Shown here: positions 17,249-27,057 of the stretch, in pieces | Position numbering within the stretch: position 1 is the stretch's first letter | How the letters are laid out: each line of letters begins with the position of its first letter | Assembly (NCBI GenBank): GCA_050742455.1 | Contig: JBOGIG010000111.1 | Location: 3,537 to 67,536, forward strand | Reading direction: 5' to 3' | DNA: 64,000 bases | From: Acidimicrobiales bacterium | GTDB taxonomy: Bacteria; Actinomycetota; Acidimicrobiia; Acidimicrobiales; JBOGIG01 | Position numbers and translations under genes: made by a program | Notes under the pieces: generated by a model | Told to the model about the DNA's origin: nothing | Databases searched by the model: none | Seen by the model: only the letters and a program-made list of their open reading frames with translations

Positions 17249-18672
17249 CTGTGGCCATGGCGGGAATGGGTCTGGTGCACCTGGCCGAAGTCCTCGATCT
17301 CCAAGTAACCGGCGACGCGGCCATCACCTCGATAGAATTCGACAGCCGCCAAGTGGAGCCCGGCAGCCTGTTCTGCTGCCTGCCGGGCCAGGACAGTGAC
17401 GGTCACCAATTCGCCTCCGAAGCTCTGGCCCGAGGCGCCAAAGCCCTGCTCTGCGAGCGCCCCATGGGGTTGGGCGTGGTCGAGCTATTAGTACCCGAGG
17501 GCCAATGCCGGCCGGCCATGGCCCGCTTGGCCGCAGCGTTCTGGGGCCATCCGTCAGAGTCGATGCTGGTCATTGGGGTGACAGGAACGAACGGCAAGAC
17601 GACGGTATCCCACATGCTCGCTTCCATCCTGGAAGCCGGGGGATACCGCACAGGGGTCGTCGGAACCCTGGAAAGCAAACGGACTACACCCGAGTCGCCG
17701 GTGCTCCAGGCCACCCTGGCCCGATTCCTGGCCGACGGCCTGACCGCGGCCGTCCTCGAGGTCTCCTCCCACGGCCTGGCCCAGCATCGGGTCGACGAGG
17801 TCGACTTCGACGTGTCGGTGTTCACGAACCTGAGCCAGGACCACCTGGATTTTCATGGGGACATGGAGCAGTATTTTGCCGCCAAGGCGTCCCTGTTCAC
17901 GCCCGAGCATTCGGTTCGAGCCGTGGTCAACTCCGACGATGCGTGGGGCCGACGTCTGATCGAGGCCCAGTCGATCCCGACCGTGGCGTTCTCTGATGCC
18001 TCGGTGAGCGAGGTCTGCATAGGCCCGGCCGGCAGTACCTTCACCTGGCGGGGTCGGCCGGTAGCGCTCGGCCTGGGGGGCTCGTTCAATGTGCAGAACG
18101 CCATCGCCGCTGCGTGCGCCGCCAGCCTGGTGGGAGTCAGCGACGAGGCTGTCGCCACGGGTCTTTCCCAGCTGGAATCGGTGCCCGGTCGGGTGGAGGC
18201 GGTGCGCCGAGGCCAGGATTTCGTTGTTCTGGTCGACTACGCCCACACGCCTGACGGTTTGGAGCAGCTGCTGGTCTCGGCTCGCCAGACCTCCGGTCCC
18301 CGAGCTCGGGTAATCGTGGTGTTCGGGTGCGGGGGGGACCGGGACCGCTCCAAGAGGCCCAGGATGGGACGGGTGGCCACCGACCTGGCCGACCTGGCAG
18401 TGCTCACCACTGACAACCCGCGACACGAGGATCCCCGCGCCATTGTCGCCGAGGTCCTCGCCGGGGTGGTCCGCACCGATGTGCTGGTCATCGAGCCTGA
18501 CCGGCGGGCCGCCATCGACTTGGCGGTGTCGGCGGCTCGTCCCGGTGACGTGGTCCTGGTGACGGGAAAGGGCCACGAGCAATTTCAGATTGTCGGCGAT
18601 CACGCCCTTCCTTTTGAGGATCGGGCCGAGGCCTGGTCGGCCCTCGAACGGGTTCAGGGGGCAGGTTCGTGA
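17245..18672 (+). CDS. murE: UDP-N-acetylmuramoyl-L-alanyl-D-glutamate--2,6-diaminopimelate ligase
   Basis: GVTGTNGKTT P-loop and the MurE-specific TDNPRHEDP (DNPR) motif are present. There is a GTGA overlap with ftsI. Confidence 0.92.
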   Translation: MTVAMAGMGLVHLAEVLDLQVTGDAAITSIEFDSRQVEPGSLFCCLPGQDSDGHQFASEALARGAKALLCERPMGLGVVELLVPEGQCRPAMARLAAAFWGHPSESMLVIGVTGTNGKTTVSHMLASILEAGGYRTGVVGTLESKRTTPESPVLQATLARFLADGLTAAVLEVSSHGLAQHRVDEVDFDVSVFTNLSQDHLDFHGDMEQYFAAKASLFTPEHSVRAVVNSDDAWGRRLIEAQSIPTVAFSDASVSEVCIGPAGSTFTWRGRPVALGLGGSFNVQNAIAAACAASLVGVSDEAVATGLSQLESVPGRVEAVRRGQDFVVLVDYAHTPDGLEQLLVSARQTSGPRARVIVVFGCGGDRDRSKRPRMGRVATDLADLAVLTTDNPRHEDPRAIVAEVLAGVVRTDVLVIEPDRRAAIDLAVSAARPGDVVLVTGKGHEQFQIVGDHALPFEDRAEAWSALERVQGAGS

Positions 18673-19700
18673 TCTCGCTGTTCACCGCCGGGGGCGTCGC
18701 TCTGTTGGTGTCGGTGGCCGTGACTCCCTTCCTCATTCGCTTGCTCCTGGTCCGGGGTATCGGCCAACAGATCCGCGACGACGGTCCACAGGGTCACTCA
18801 GTCAAGGCCGGGACCCCCACCATGGGCGGCATAGCCATCCTGGGGTCGGTGCTGGCCGGTTACATCGTCGGCCACTTGAGCATCGGGGCGGCCTTTACCA
18901 GTTCAGGCTTGCTGGTCATGGGCGTGGTGATGGGCGCCGGCGTGGTGGGCCTGGCCGATGATTGGATCAAGGTCCGACACCAGCGAAGCCTCGGGTTGAG
19001 CAAGCGGGCCAAGCTGGGCGGCCAGTTGGGAGTCGCCATCATCTTCGCCGGCCTGGGCATCTCCTGGGCCGGGGTAAACACCCATCTGTCGTTCGCCCGG
19101 GCCAACCTGTCGATTGATCTGGGCCATGTGGGTTGGGCTGTCTTCGCCGTACTGGTCATCATCGGGTCCTCGAACGCCGTGAACCTGACCGACGGCCTCG
19201 ACGGTCTGGCCGCGGGCAGCGCCACATTTGCCTTCTCCTGCCTGGCGATCATCGGCTACTGGCAATTCCGCCATTTCTCCATCTACCGCATATCAAACGC
19301 CTTGGATCTCGCTCTGGCCGCCGTTGCCCTGACCGGAGCTTGTGCCGGATTCCTGTGGTGGAACGCCGCGCCGGCCCGTATCTTCATGGGCGACACCGGA
19401 TCCTTGGCCATCGGTGGGGGCCTGGCCGCGCTGTGCCTGCAGATGAACCTGGACCTGCTCCTGCCCATCATCGCCGGACTGTTCGTGGTCGAGACCCTCT
19501 CGGTGGTGGTTCAGGTGACCAGCTTCCGGCTCTTCGGGCGCCGGGTGTTCCGCATGGCGCCCTTCCACCATCACTTTGAGCTTCTGGGTTGGCCCGAGAC
19601 CACCGTGATCGTGAGGTTTTGGATCATGGCCGGACTGTGCACGGCGCTGGCGCTCGGCATCTTCTACGCCGACTTCATCTCGACCGGTCACGTGAGTTGA
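18669..19700 (+). CDS. mraY: phospho-N-acetylmuramoyl-pentapeptide transferase
   Basis: A polytopic membrane protein with NAVNLTDGLDGLA and PFHHHFE motifs. There is a GTGA overlap with murE. Confidence 0.95.
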   Translation: MISLFTAGGVALLVSVAVTPFLIRLLLVRGIGQQIRDDGPQGHSVKAGTPTMGGIAILGSVLAGYIVGHLSIGAAFTSSGLLVMGVVMGAGVVGLADDWIKVRHQRSLGLSKRAKLGGQLGVAIIFAGLGISWAGVNTHLSFARANLSIDLGHVGWAVFAVLVIIGSSNAVNLTDGLDGLAAGSATFAFSCLAIIGYWQFRHFSIYRISNALDLALAAVALTGACAGFLWWNAAPARIFMGDTGSLAIGGGLAALCLQMNLDLLLPIIAGLFVVETLSVVVQVTSFRLFGRRVFRMAPFHHHFELLGWPETTVIVRFWIMAGLCTALALGIFYADFISTGHVS

Positions 19701-21061
19701 CGACGAACTCCCAAAACGCCCTCCCATTGGACCATGGGGGACAGGATCGTGTGGCTGTTGTAGTGGGCATGGCGGTGACCGGATTGGCCATGGCGGCCCG
19801 CCTGGCGGCCGAGGGCTTTCGGGTGGTGGGCGTCGACGACCTCCCAAATGCCTCAGTCAGGGATCTGGCGGCCCAATCGGGGGCCACGCTGCTCGAAGCC
19901 CCCTCGACCAATGAATTGGCCGGCGTGGTGGCCCGGGCTGACTTGGTGGTGGCCAGCCCTGGAGTGCCCCCGTACCATCCGCTGTTCTCGCTCGGGGTTC
20001 CGGTGATCGGTGACATCGAGTTTGCCTCCCGGCGGGCCAGCGTCCCCATCCTGGCCATCACCGGCACGGCGGGCAAGACGACGGTCACCACCCTGGTGAC
20101 TTCCATGCTGGTGGCATCGGGGCGCAGAGCCATGGCCGCCGGGAACATCGGGGTTCCCTTGGTCAACGCTATTGCCACCGACGCCGAGATCCTGGTGGTC
20201 GAGGTTTCGTCGTTCCAACTCAGCCTGACCGACTCCTTCCATCCACGAGTGGCGGTATGGCTCAACGTCGCCGAGAACCATCTCGATTGGCATCGGGATA
20301 TGGATGAGTACGTGGCGGCCAAGGCCAAGATCTGGGCCAATTGCGGTGATGGGGACACCGTGGTGGTCAATGCCGAGGACTCCGAGGTGATGGCAACGGC
20401 CCGCTCCAGCCCGGTCGTGCCCACCACGTTTGGGTTGAACCAGGGCGACTACCGCTTGGTCGGTAGGGCGCTTTGCCTGCCCAACGGTGAGGTGGTGGCC
20501 GGCCTCGACGAGTTGCCCAGACGGCGACCCCACGACGTGGCCAATGCCTTGGCCGCGGTGGCAACCGCCCACGCTGCCGGCGCCGGCCTCGAGGCCTGCC
20601 ACGAGGCCCTGGTCTCCTTCGCCGGATTGCCTCATCGGGTCGAACCCCTGGGCGAGGCCGGAGGCGTCGGGTACTACAACGACTCCAAGGCCACCACCCC
20701 TTCGGCCGTGCTTGCTGCCCTGTCGGGATTCGATTCGGTGGTCCTGATTGCCGGCGGCCGCAACAAGGGGGTCTCGCTGGCTCCCCTGGCCCAAGGCGCC
20801 GGGGTGGTGCGTGCCGTGGTGGCCATAGGAGAAGCCGCCCCCGAGGTGGAGGACGTGTTCGCACCGCTGCGTCCGGTGGCCATGGCCCATTCGATGGATG
20901 AGGCGGTACAAAGGGCCGCCGACCTGGCCCGGCCCGGCGACGCCGTCCTGCTGTCCCCAGGGTGTGCCTCATTCGATTGGTATCGCTCCTATGAGGAGCG
21001 CGGAGATGACTTCAAACGAGCCGTGGGCAACCTGTTCCGGCATGCCAAGGAGGCAACGTGA
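19697..21061 (+). CDS. murD: UDP-N-acetylmuramoylalanine--D-glutamate ligase
   Basis: It has an N-terminal Rossmann-like domain, GTAGKTT P-loop and Mur-ligase C-terminal domain. The proposed TTG start at 19697 overlaps the mraY stop (TTGA). The longest ORF (19589) lies inside mraY. Confidence 0.9.
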   Translation: MTTNSQNALPLDHGGQDRVAVVVGMAVTGLAMAARLAAEGFRVVGVDDLPNASVRDLAAQSGATLLEAPSTNELAGVVARADLVVASPGVPPYHPLFSLGVPVIGDIEFASRRASVPILAITGTAGKTTVTTLVTSMLVASGRRAMAAGNIGVPLVNAIATDAEILVVEVSSFQLSLTDSFHPRVAVWLNVAENHLDWHRDMDEYVAAKAKIWANCGDGDTVVVNAEDSEVMATARSSPVVPTTFGLNQGDYRLVGRALCLPNGEVVAGLDELPRRRPHDVANALAAVATAHAAGAGLEACHEALVSFAGLPHRVEPLGEAGGVGYYNDSKATTPSAVLAALSGFDSVVLIAGGRNKGVSLAPLAQGAGVVRAVVAIGEAAPEVEDVFAPLRPVAMAHSMDEAVQRAADLARPGDAVLLSPGCASFDWYRSYEERGDDFKRAVGNLFRHAKEAT

Positions 21062-22479
21062 AAACCCAGGCGCCCCCCCGTTCTCGGCCGGCCCGCCCCC
21101 GCCCGGCCCGCCCCCGCCCGGCCCGGTCGACCCGCCCCCGCCCGGCCCGGTCGGCTTCGTCGGTCCGCTCTGTCCCGTCCGGCTCGGAGCGGACGCGGTC
21201 CAAGCCGTCGTCCTATGTCCTGTTGCTGAGCGTGGTCGTAGTGCTGAACATCGTGGGCCTGGTCATGGTGCTGTCTGCTTCGTCGGTGGTGGCCCTTCGC
21301 AACTTCGGGTCGTCGTGGTACTTCTTCGAACGACAGACCATGTGGGCTGCCCTTGGCTTTCTTGTTCTGGTGGTGGCGTCGCGAATCGACTACCACCTGT
21401 GGAGCCGGCTCAAGGCTCCGCTCATCCTGATCTGTTTCGCCTTGCTCGTGGCCGTGCTGATCCCCGGAGTGGGGGTCGTGGTGGGTGGGTCCAGCCGGTG
21501 GGTGGGGGCCGGTTGGCTGCGGATCCAGCCATCGGAAGTCATGAAGTTCGCCCTGGTCATCTACGGCGCTGACCTGTTGAGCCGCCGCGGCGATCGGATG
21601 GGGCAGTGGTCCCAAACCCTCAAACCCATGATGATCGTCTTCTTTCTGGCCGGATTCTTGGTCATGCGCCAGCCCGACATGGGCACCACCCTGGTGCTGG
21701 CATGCATCACGTTCGGTGTCCTTTTTGCCGCCGGCACGCCGTGGCGTCCCCTGTTGGGACTCATGGGCACGGCGCTGGGTGGAGCGATCATCCTCGGACT
21801 GGCCCAGCCCTATCGCCGAGCGCGCCTGCTCTCGTTCACCAATCCCTGGGCCCACCGATCTGACGCCGGCTACCAGGTGGTTCAATCCCTGGTGGGGCTG
21901 GGCTCGGGCCACCTCTTCGGTGTGGGCCTGGGAGCGAGCCGAGCAAAGTGGGGCTTTCTTCCCAATGCTTATACCGACTTCATATTCGCCGTGATCGGTG
22001 AAGAGCTCGGTCTGATCGGGGGCCTCTTGGTCATCGCTTTGTTTGTCGGCCTGGCCATCGCCGGCATGCGTGTCGCGGCCCGCTCCTCGGACAGGCTGGG
22101 CGGGCTGTTGGCGGCCGGGATAACGGCATGGATCATCGGCCAGACGGTGATCAATCTGGGTGCGGTAATTGGTCTCCTGCCGGTGACCGGAGTGCCCCTG
22201 CCCTTTGTGTCCTTCGGTGGATCGAGCCTGGTGATCATGATGGCCGGGGTAGGAGTGGTGCTCAATATCGCCTCGCATGAATCGAAGCGATCCCCGCTGG
22301 GTCCCCGGGAAGGGATCGACCACCTCGAACGGGAGATGGTTCGTCTCGATCGACGCGCGGCCACCTCGGGGAGCACCGGACGCCGTCCCGTCCGAACGGC
22401 CCGGCCCAGTCCGGCTCGAATGGCCCGGCCCAGTCCGGCCCGTACGGCCCATACTGCAATTGGGCGGCGAAATCGTTGA
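21058..22479 (+). CDS. ftsW: peptidoglycan glycosyltransferase FtsW (SEDS family) with repeat-containing Arg/Pro-rich termini
   Basis: It has an FtsW/RodA/SpoVE polytopic core (...PLPFVSFGGSS...). There is a GTGA overlap with murD. The N-terminus RPARPRPARPRPARS and C-terminus ARPSPARMARPSPAR are both encoded by tandem repeats. Confidence 0.9.
   Translation: MKTQAPPRSRPARPRPARPRPARSTRPRPARSASSVRSVPSGSERTRSKPSSYVLLLSVVVVLNIVGLVMVLSASSVVALRNFGSSWYFFERQTMWAALGFLVLVVASRIDYHLWSRLKAPLILICFALLVAVLIPGVGVVVGGSSRWVGAGWLRIQPSEVMKFALVIYGADLLSRRGDRMGQWSQTLKPMMIVFFLAGFLVMRQPDMGTTLVLACITFGVLFAAGTPWRPLLGLMGTALGGAIILGLAQPYRRARLLSFTNPWAHRSDAGYQVVQSLVGLGSGHLFGVGLGASRAKWGFLPNAYTDFIFAVIGEELGLIGGLLVIALFVGLAIAGMRVAARSSDRLGGLLAAGITAWIIGQTVINLGAVIGLLPVTGVPLPFVSFGGSSLVIMMAGVGVVLNIASHESKRSPLGPREGIDHLEREMVRLDRRAATSGSTGRRPVRTARPSPARMARPSPARTAHTAIGRRNR
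21090..21150. repeat. 15-bp tandem repeats (GGCCCGCCCCCGCCC x2 plus degenerate copies) in the ftsW 5' end
   Basis: Perfect copies at 21090-21104 and 21105-21119, followed by related GGCCCGGTCGACCCGCCCCCGCCCGGCCCGGTCGGC. Confidence 0.8.
22398..22439. repeat. 24-bp-period direct repeat in the ftsW 3' end
   Basis: GGCCCGGCCCAGTCCGGC occurs at 22398-22415 and 22422-22439. Confidence 0.85.
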
Positions 22480-23882
22480 TGGCCGGGCTATCTGATCGAG
22501 TCCCCGATCTGACCCGTCCCCGGCGGGTCCACGTGGTGGGAGTGGGCGGGGCGGGCATGAGCGCCATAGCCACCGTCCTGGCCGGCATGGGGCACGTCGT
22601 CTCGGGCAGTGATCTGCGGGCCTCGGCCGCCCTTGATCGGCTGCGGGCCGCCGGTGTGAGAGTGACGGTGGGCCACCAGGCCGAAAATGTCGTCGACGCC
22701 GAGTTCGTGGCCATTTCCACTGCTGTTCCTCCTTCCAATCCCGAAGTGCGCTGGGCGCTTGACCACGGGGTGGAGGTGTTCTCCCGCGCCGACGTCCTCG
22801 CCGGGCTGGCGGCCGAGCCCCGACTTCTTGCGGTAGCTGGCACCCACGGCAAGACAACCACGTCCTCCATGCTGTCCCTGGTCATGGTGGAGGCCGGTCT
22901 GCATCCGTCCTTCATCATTGGCGGCGAACTCAACGAGATAGGCGGTGGCGCCCTTCACGACAGCGGGGAATGGATGGTGGTGGAAGCCGACGAGTCGGAC
23001 GGGACTTTCTTGCGTCTGAACCCCGAGGTGGGGATCGTAACCAACGTGGAGCCCGACCACCTGGAGACATACGGGTCCTTCGAGGCGCTGACCGAGGCTT
23101 TTTTCACCTTCATGGCGAACTCCACCGGCCCGGTGGTGGCGTGTGCCGACGACCCGGTGGCCTCACGTCTGGCCGCCAGGCTGGTGAAAATGGGCCGTGT
23201 TGTGTCGACCTACGGCACTTCCCCCGCCGCCGAGTTCCGCATGGTCGATCTACGCCATGGCCGGGCCACGGCCTCATTTCGCCTTTCCCGTTCGGGAGCC
23301 GACCTATTCGAGGTGGTCCTGCCCATCCCCGGCGACCACAATGCCCGAAATGGCGCGGCCGCAGCAGCGGCGGCTCTGCTCATCGGAGTGGGGCCCGAGC
23401 CGGTGGCCCGGGCCCTGTCTCGCTTTGGCGGGGTGGCGCGCCGATTCCAGTTCCGGGGGGAACAGCGTGGAGTCACCTTTGTGGACGACTACGCCCACCT
23501 CCCCGGTGAGATCGGCCCCATGGTCCAGGCTGCAATCAAGGGCGATTGGGCACGGGTAGTTTGCGTCTTCCAGCCCCACCGGTACTCCCGCACGGAATCG
23601 CTGTGGCCCCAGTTCGCCGACTGCTTCGAGGGAGCCGACGTAGTCGTGGTCACCGATGTTTATCCGGCGGGCGAAGCCCCTCGGCCCGGGGTATCGGGTC
23701 GCCTCGTGGTGCGGGCCATATCCGAGGCTCACCCTGAATCGAGGGTTCTATATGCCGCCACCCGCACCGAGCTGTTGGACACGGTCGCCTCCATCCTGGT
23801 CGAGGGCGACCTGTGTCTCACATTGGGCGCCGGTGACCTGACCTCCCTGCCCGACGAATTGATGGCCAGGGTGCAGTGGTGA
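22479..23882 (+). CDS. murC: UDP-N-acetylmuramate--L-alanine ligase
   Basis: VGVGGAGMSAIA...GSD N-terminal domain and GTHGKTTTSSM P-loop are present. The start is ATG at 22479, or TTG at 22476 overlapping the ftsW stop (TTGATG). Confidence 0.92.
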   Translation: MAGLSDRVPDLTRPRRVHVVGVGGAGMSAIATVLAGMGHVVSGSDLRASAALDRLRAAGVRVTVGHQAENVVDAEFVAISTAVPPSNPEVRWALDHGVEVFSRADVLAGLAAEPRLLAVAGTHGKTTTSSMLSLVMVEAGLHPSFIIGGELNEIGGGALHDSGEWMVVEADESDGTFLRLNPEVGIVTNVEPDHLETYGSFEALTEAFFTFMANSTGPVVACADDPVASRLAARLVKMGRVVSTYGTSPAAEFRMVDLRHGRATASFRLSRSGADLFEVVLPIPGDHNARNGAAAAAAALLIGVGPEPVARALSRFGGVARRFQFRGEQRGVTFVDDYAHLPGEIGPMVQAAIKGDWARVVCVFQPHRYSRTESLWPQFADCFEGADVVVVTDVYPAGEAPRPGVSGRLVVRAISEAHPESRVLYAATRTELLDTVASILVEGDLCLTLGAGDLTSLPDELMARVQW

Positions 23883-24838
23883 CCCTGGGCCGCCCGACAC
23901 GCCGCGGTGGGTCCGTCGAACCCGTCGAGGCCGCGGCCGACGTCCTGGGTCCGAAGGCCCGCCGCGGATTCCCGATCGGGCAACTCACCACCTACCGGGT
24001 GGGGGGTGCCGCCGATCTGTACTTCGAGGCCAACAGCCTCGAGGATCTGGAGCGGGTGGGAGAGGCGCTGCGGGTATCGGAATTGGCGGTGTTGGTCATC
24101 GGCAAGGGATCCAACCTGTTGGTGACCGATGGCGGCTTCGAAGGCCTCGTCCTGACACTGGGCGAAGGCTTCGCAGCCATCGAGACGGCGGGCACTCGGC
24201 TCAGTGCTGGAGGGTCGGCCAGCCTGCCCGTGGTGGCCAGAGCCAGTGCCAGGACCGGTTTGACCGGATTCGAGTGGGCCGTGGGCGTTCCCGGATCAAT
24301 CGGTGGGGCGGTGCGCATGAATGCCGGGGGACACGGCTCGGACATGAGTCAGGTGACGGACTCGGCCAGCGTCTGGGATCTCTTCGACTCCGAGGTCGAG
24401 GACCTGGACACGCCGGGGCTGGATTTTGGCTATCGGCGTTCCTCGATTTCCTCGGGCCAAGTGGTCATTGGCGCCGTTCTGGCCCTGTCACCCGGGGATC
24501 GCCCCGAGTCGGAGTCGGAGATATCCAAGATCGTGAGCTGGAGGCGCGCCAACCAACCCGGGGGTCGCAATGCGGGCTCGGTATTCACCAATCCCCCCGA
24601 TGATTCTGCCGGCCGTTTGATCGAACTGGCCGGATTGAAGGGTCACCGGATCGGCACTGCCGGCGTCTCGACCAAGCACGCCAACTTCATCCAGGCGGAC
24701 TCGGGCGGCTCGGCCGACGACGTGGTGGCCTTGGTTGTATTCGTGATGAATGAGGTTGAAAAGCGCGTCGGCTACCGGCTGACGCCCGAGCTCAAGATCG
24801 TGGGGCGCTCGGCCCCCGCTTTCGGAGGTAACCGGTGA
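23876..24838 (+). CDS. murB: UDP-N-acetylenolpyruvoylglucosamine reductase
   Basis: FAD-binding PCMH-type domain (TYRVGGAADLYFE...VIGKGSNLLV) and a MurB C-terminal domain (GSVFTNP). The GTG start overlaps the murC end by 7 nt. Confidence 0.9.
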   Translation: MVTLGRPTRRGGSVEPVEAAADVLGPKARRGFPIGQLTTYRVGGAADLYFEANSLEDLERVGEALRVSELAVLVIGKGSNLLVTDGGFEGLVLTLGEGFAAIETAGTRLSAGGSASLPVVARASARTGLTGFEWAVGVPGSIGGAVRMNAGGHGSDMSQVTDSASVWDLFDSEVEDLDTPGLDFGYRRSSISSGQVVIGAVLALSPGDRPESESEISKIVSWRRANQPGGRNAGSVFTNPPDDSAGRLIELAGLKGHRIGTAGVSTKHANFIQADSGGSADDVVALVVFVMNEVEKRVGYRLTPELKIVGRSAPAFGGNR

Positions 24839-25716
24839 CCACATCCACGAACACCCGGGCCAAGCCCCGCCGCCAGGCCGGAACTGGCTCAGGCCGCCAG
24901 GCCGGAACTGGCTCAGGCCGCCAGGCCGGCGCCCAGATCGCCATCGAGCCTCGGATGCGGGAACGGCGGATTGCCGTGGCCCGTTCTGCCGGACGCCGAC
25001 GGCTCAGACTGCTGGTGTGGGGGCTCTCTACTGTTCTGGCCATTGCCCTTGCCCTGGCCGTGCTCCATTCCCCCATTGTCGGAGTTCGCCACGTTCGGAT
25101 AACACCCTCCTCGCACCTCTCAGTCGCCACCTTGGCGGCAAGTGCTCAAATCAATAAGGGGGAGCCGATGGTCGACATCTCGACCACAGCCACGCAAGAC
25201 CGGATCGATGCGCTGGCTTGGGTCGCCCGCTCCCGGGTTCGCCTTCAATGGCCCTCGACGGTTGTCGTCAACGTAGTGGAGCGAATCCCAGTCGCCAAGG
25301 TGCCTGCCAAGGCCGGACAGTGGTCGGTGGTCGACTCGACCGGTCGAGTGCTCGAGGTAACCAACGCGCCACCAGCCGGCCTGGTCACCATCGCCGGAGT
25401 GGATCAAACGGTGCCGGCGGGATCGAACCTGAATGGATCGGCGGCGCCCGCCCTGGCCGTGGCCGCGGCTCTGGTCAGCGACATTCCGGCATCGGTGCGG
25501 ACCCAGGTGCTCAGCATCAACGAGGTCGGAGGAGGCCAGGTCGAGTTGCATCTCGCCTTCGGCGGCTTGGCCCAACTGGGAGGAACCGATCAGCTGGCGG
25601 AAAAGCTTCGGTCCCTCTCGACCGTGCTGGCCAGGGTCAACTTGGTCGGAGTGACAGCGATCGATGTTTCGGTGCCCCAGGCCCCGACCGTGACCCGCCA
25701 AGGTTCGCACCCGTGA
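24835..25716 (+). CDS. ftsQ: cell division protein FtsQ (POTRA domain)
   Basis: It has a basic N-terminus, a single TM helix (LLVWGLSTVLAIALALAVL) and a POTRA-like segment (VRHVRITPSSHLS). There is a GTGA overlap with murB. Confidence 0.75.
   Translation: MTTSTNTRAKPRRQAGTGSGRQAGTGSGRQAGAQIAIEPRMRERRIAVARSAGRRRLRLLVWGLSTVLAIALALAVLHSPIVGVRHVRITPSSHLSVATLAASAQINKGEPMVDISTTATQDRIDALAWVARSRVRLQWPSTVVVNVVERIPVAKVPAKAGQWSVVDSTGRVLEVTNAPPAGLVTIAGVDQTVPAGSNLNGSAAPALAVAAALVSDIPASVRTQVLSINEVGGGQVELHLAFGGLAQLGGTDQLAEKLRSLSTVLARVNLVGVTAIDVSVPQAPTVTRQGSHP
24869..24929. repeat. perfect 24-bp x2.5 in-frame tandem repeat in the ftsQ 5' end
   Basis: GCCGCCAGGCCGGAACTGGCTCAG occurs at 24869-24892 and 24893-24916, with a partial copy to 24929. 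It encodes (RQAGTGSG)n. Confidence 0.95.
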
Positions 25717-25975
25717 GCGACATTGACCCGACATGCTTCGACCTTGACCCACCGGGGTACCGCCCGTAGGTTGGGGCCCGGGTCGAGCCTGGGGCGAAAC
25801 TTAAATCTCCAGTCGAGGGTAACAGTGACCCTCAACCTGGTCTTTCGACAACTCAAGGTGGTCCAAGGGTTACAATGAGCCCACAGGCATCCAATGAAGT
25901 AGGGCACCGCTCCCGTACCATTGAATCGGCGGCAACTGGCACTCGATCCCAATTTCCGGGGAGGCGAACACACAA

Positions 25976-27052
25976 ATGGTCGGCGCAGCGCAAAACTATA
26001 TAGCAGTCATAAAGGTTGTCGGGATCGGCGGCGGGGGGGTAAACGCCGTTAATCGGATGATCGACGCCGGGCTCAAGGGGGTGGAGTTCATCGCCATCAA
26101 CACCGATGCCCAAGCCCTGCTCATGAGCGACGCCGACGTGAAGTTGGACATTGGTCGCCAACTGACCCGCGGCTTGGGCGCCGGAAGCGATCCCGACATT
26201 GGTCGTCAGGCGGCCGAGGAGCACCACGACGAGATCGAAGAGGTCATCAAGGGCGCCGACATGATTTTCATCACCGCGGGAAAGGGTGGCGGCACGGGCA
26301 CGGGCGGTGCGCCGGTGGTGGCCGAGATCGCCAAGGGCCTGGGCGCTTTGACCATTGGCGTCGTCACCCGGCCCTTCTCTTTCGAGGGAAGGCGTCGTTC
26401 GGTCCAGGCCGAGGCGGGCATCCAGCGCCTCAAGGAAAAGGTCGACACCCTCATCACGATCCCGAACGACCGGCTGTTGACCGTCTCCAACGACAAGACC
26501 TCAATGGTCAACGCCTTCAAGATGGCTGATGAAGTGCTGCTCCAAGGGGTGCAGGGAATCACCGATCTGATCACCACGCCCGGTCTGATCAACACCGACT
26601 TCGCCGACGTCAAGATGATCATGAGCAACGCCGGTACGGCCATCATGGGCATCGGGTCGGGTTCGGGGGAGGGCCGGGCACTTGCCGCAGCGCGCAGCGC
26701 CATCACGAGCCCGCTGCTCGAGGCCTCTATCGAAGGGGCCAGGGGTATCCTTTTGAACATTGCGGGCGGCAGCGACCTCGGGCTGTTCGAGGTCAATGAG
26801 GCGGCCGAGGTGATTCACGCCGTGGCTCACCCCGATGCCAACATCATCTTTGGCAGTGTCATCGACGACGCCATGGGTGACGAGGTACGGGTAACCGTTA
26901 TTGCCGCTGGTTTTGAGCGATGGGATGACGCCAAGTCATCCGTCGGCTCCGCTGGTTCCAATCCTCGCCAGCCCGACATCTTTGACGCATCCGGAGACGG
27001 CGGCCTGGAGTTGGGCGATGACGACTTTGACGTACCCTCCTTCCTGAAGTAG
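25976..27052 (+). CDS. ftsZ: cell division GTPase FtsZ
   Basis: [18 protein letters not shown] and the tubulin signature [13 protein letters not shown] are present. It is preceded by a 259-nt lower-GC intergenic region. Confidence 0.97.
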   Translation: MVGAAQNYIAVIKVVGIGGGGVNAVNRMIDAGLKGVEFIAINTDAQALLMSDADVKLDIGRQLTRGLGAGSDPDIGRQAAEEHHDEIEEVIKGADMIFITAGKGGGTGTGGAPVVAEIAKGLGALTIGVVTRPFSFEGRRRSVQAEAGIQRLKEKVDTLITIPNDRLLTVSNDKTSMVNAFKMADEVLLQGVQGITDLITTPGLINTDFADVKMIMSNAGTAIMGIGSGSGEGRALAAARSAITSPLLEASIEGARGILLNIAGGSDLGLFEVNEAAEVIHAVAHPDANIIFGSVIDDAMGDEVRVTVIAAGFERWDDAKSSVGSAGSNPRQPDIFDASGDGGLELGDDDFDVPSFLK

Positions 27053-27057
27053 CTCAG

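Noticed and set aside
22330-22479. The FtsW C-terminal extension as a remnant of the missing murG.
   Set aside because: It is only about 50 aa of Arg/Pro/Ala-rich repeat sequence with no glycosyltransferase-28 motifs, so there is no evidence of a degraded MurG.
20989-22857. A 622-aa minus-strand ORF antisense to ftsW and murC.
   Set aside because: It is an Arg/Pro/Gly/His-rich, low-complexity translation lying entirely antisense to two unambiguous conserved genes. This is the typical high-GC shadow ORF.
25871-25876. TACAAT as the -10 element of an ftsZ promoter in the 259-nt ftsQ-ftsZ spacer.
   Set aside because: No acceptable -35 element lies at 16-19 nt spacing (the nearest, TCGACA, is about 20-21 nt away). 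Two TTGACC hexamers at 25724-25750 lack matching -10 elements. The evidence is too weak to annotate without TSS data.
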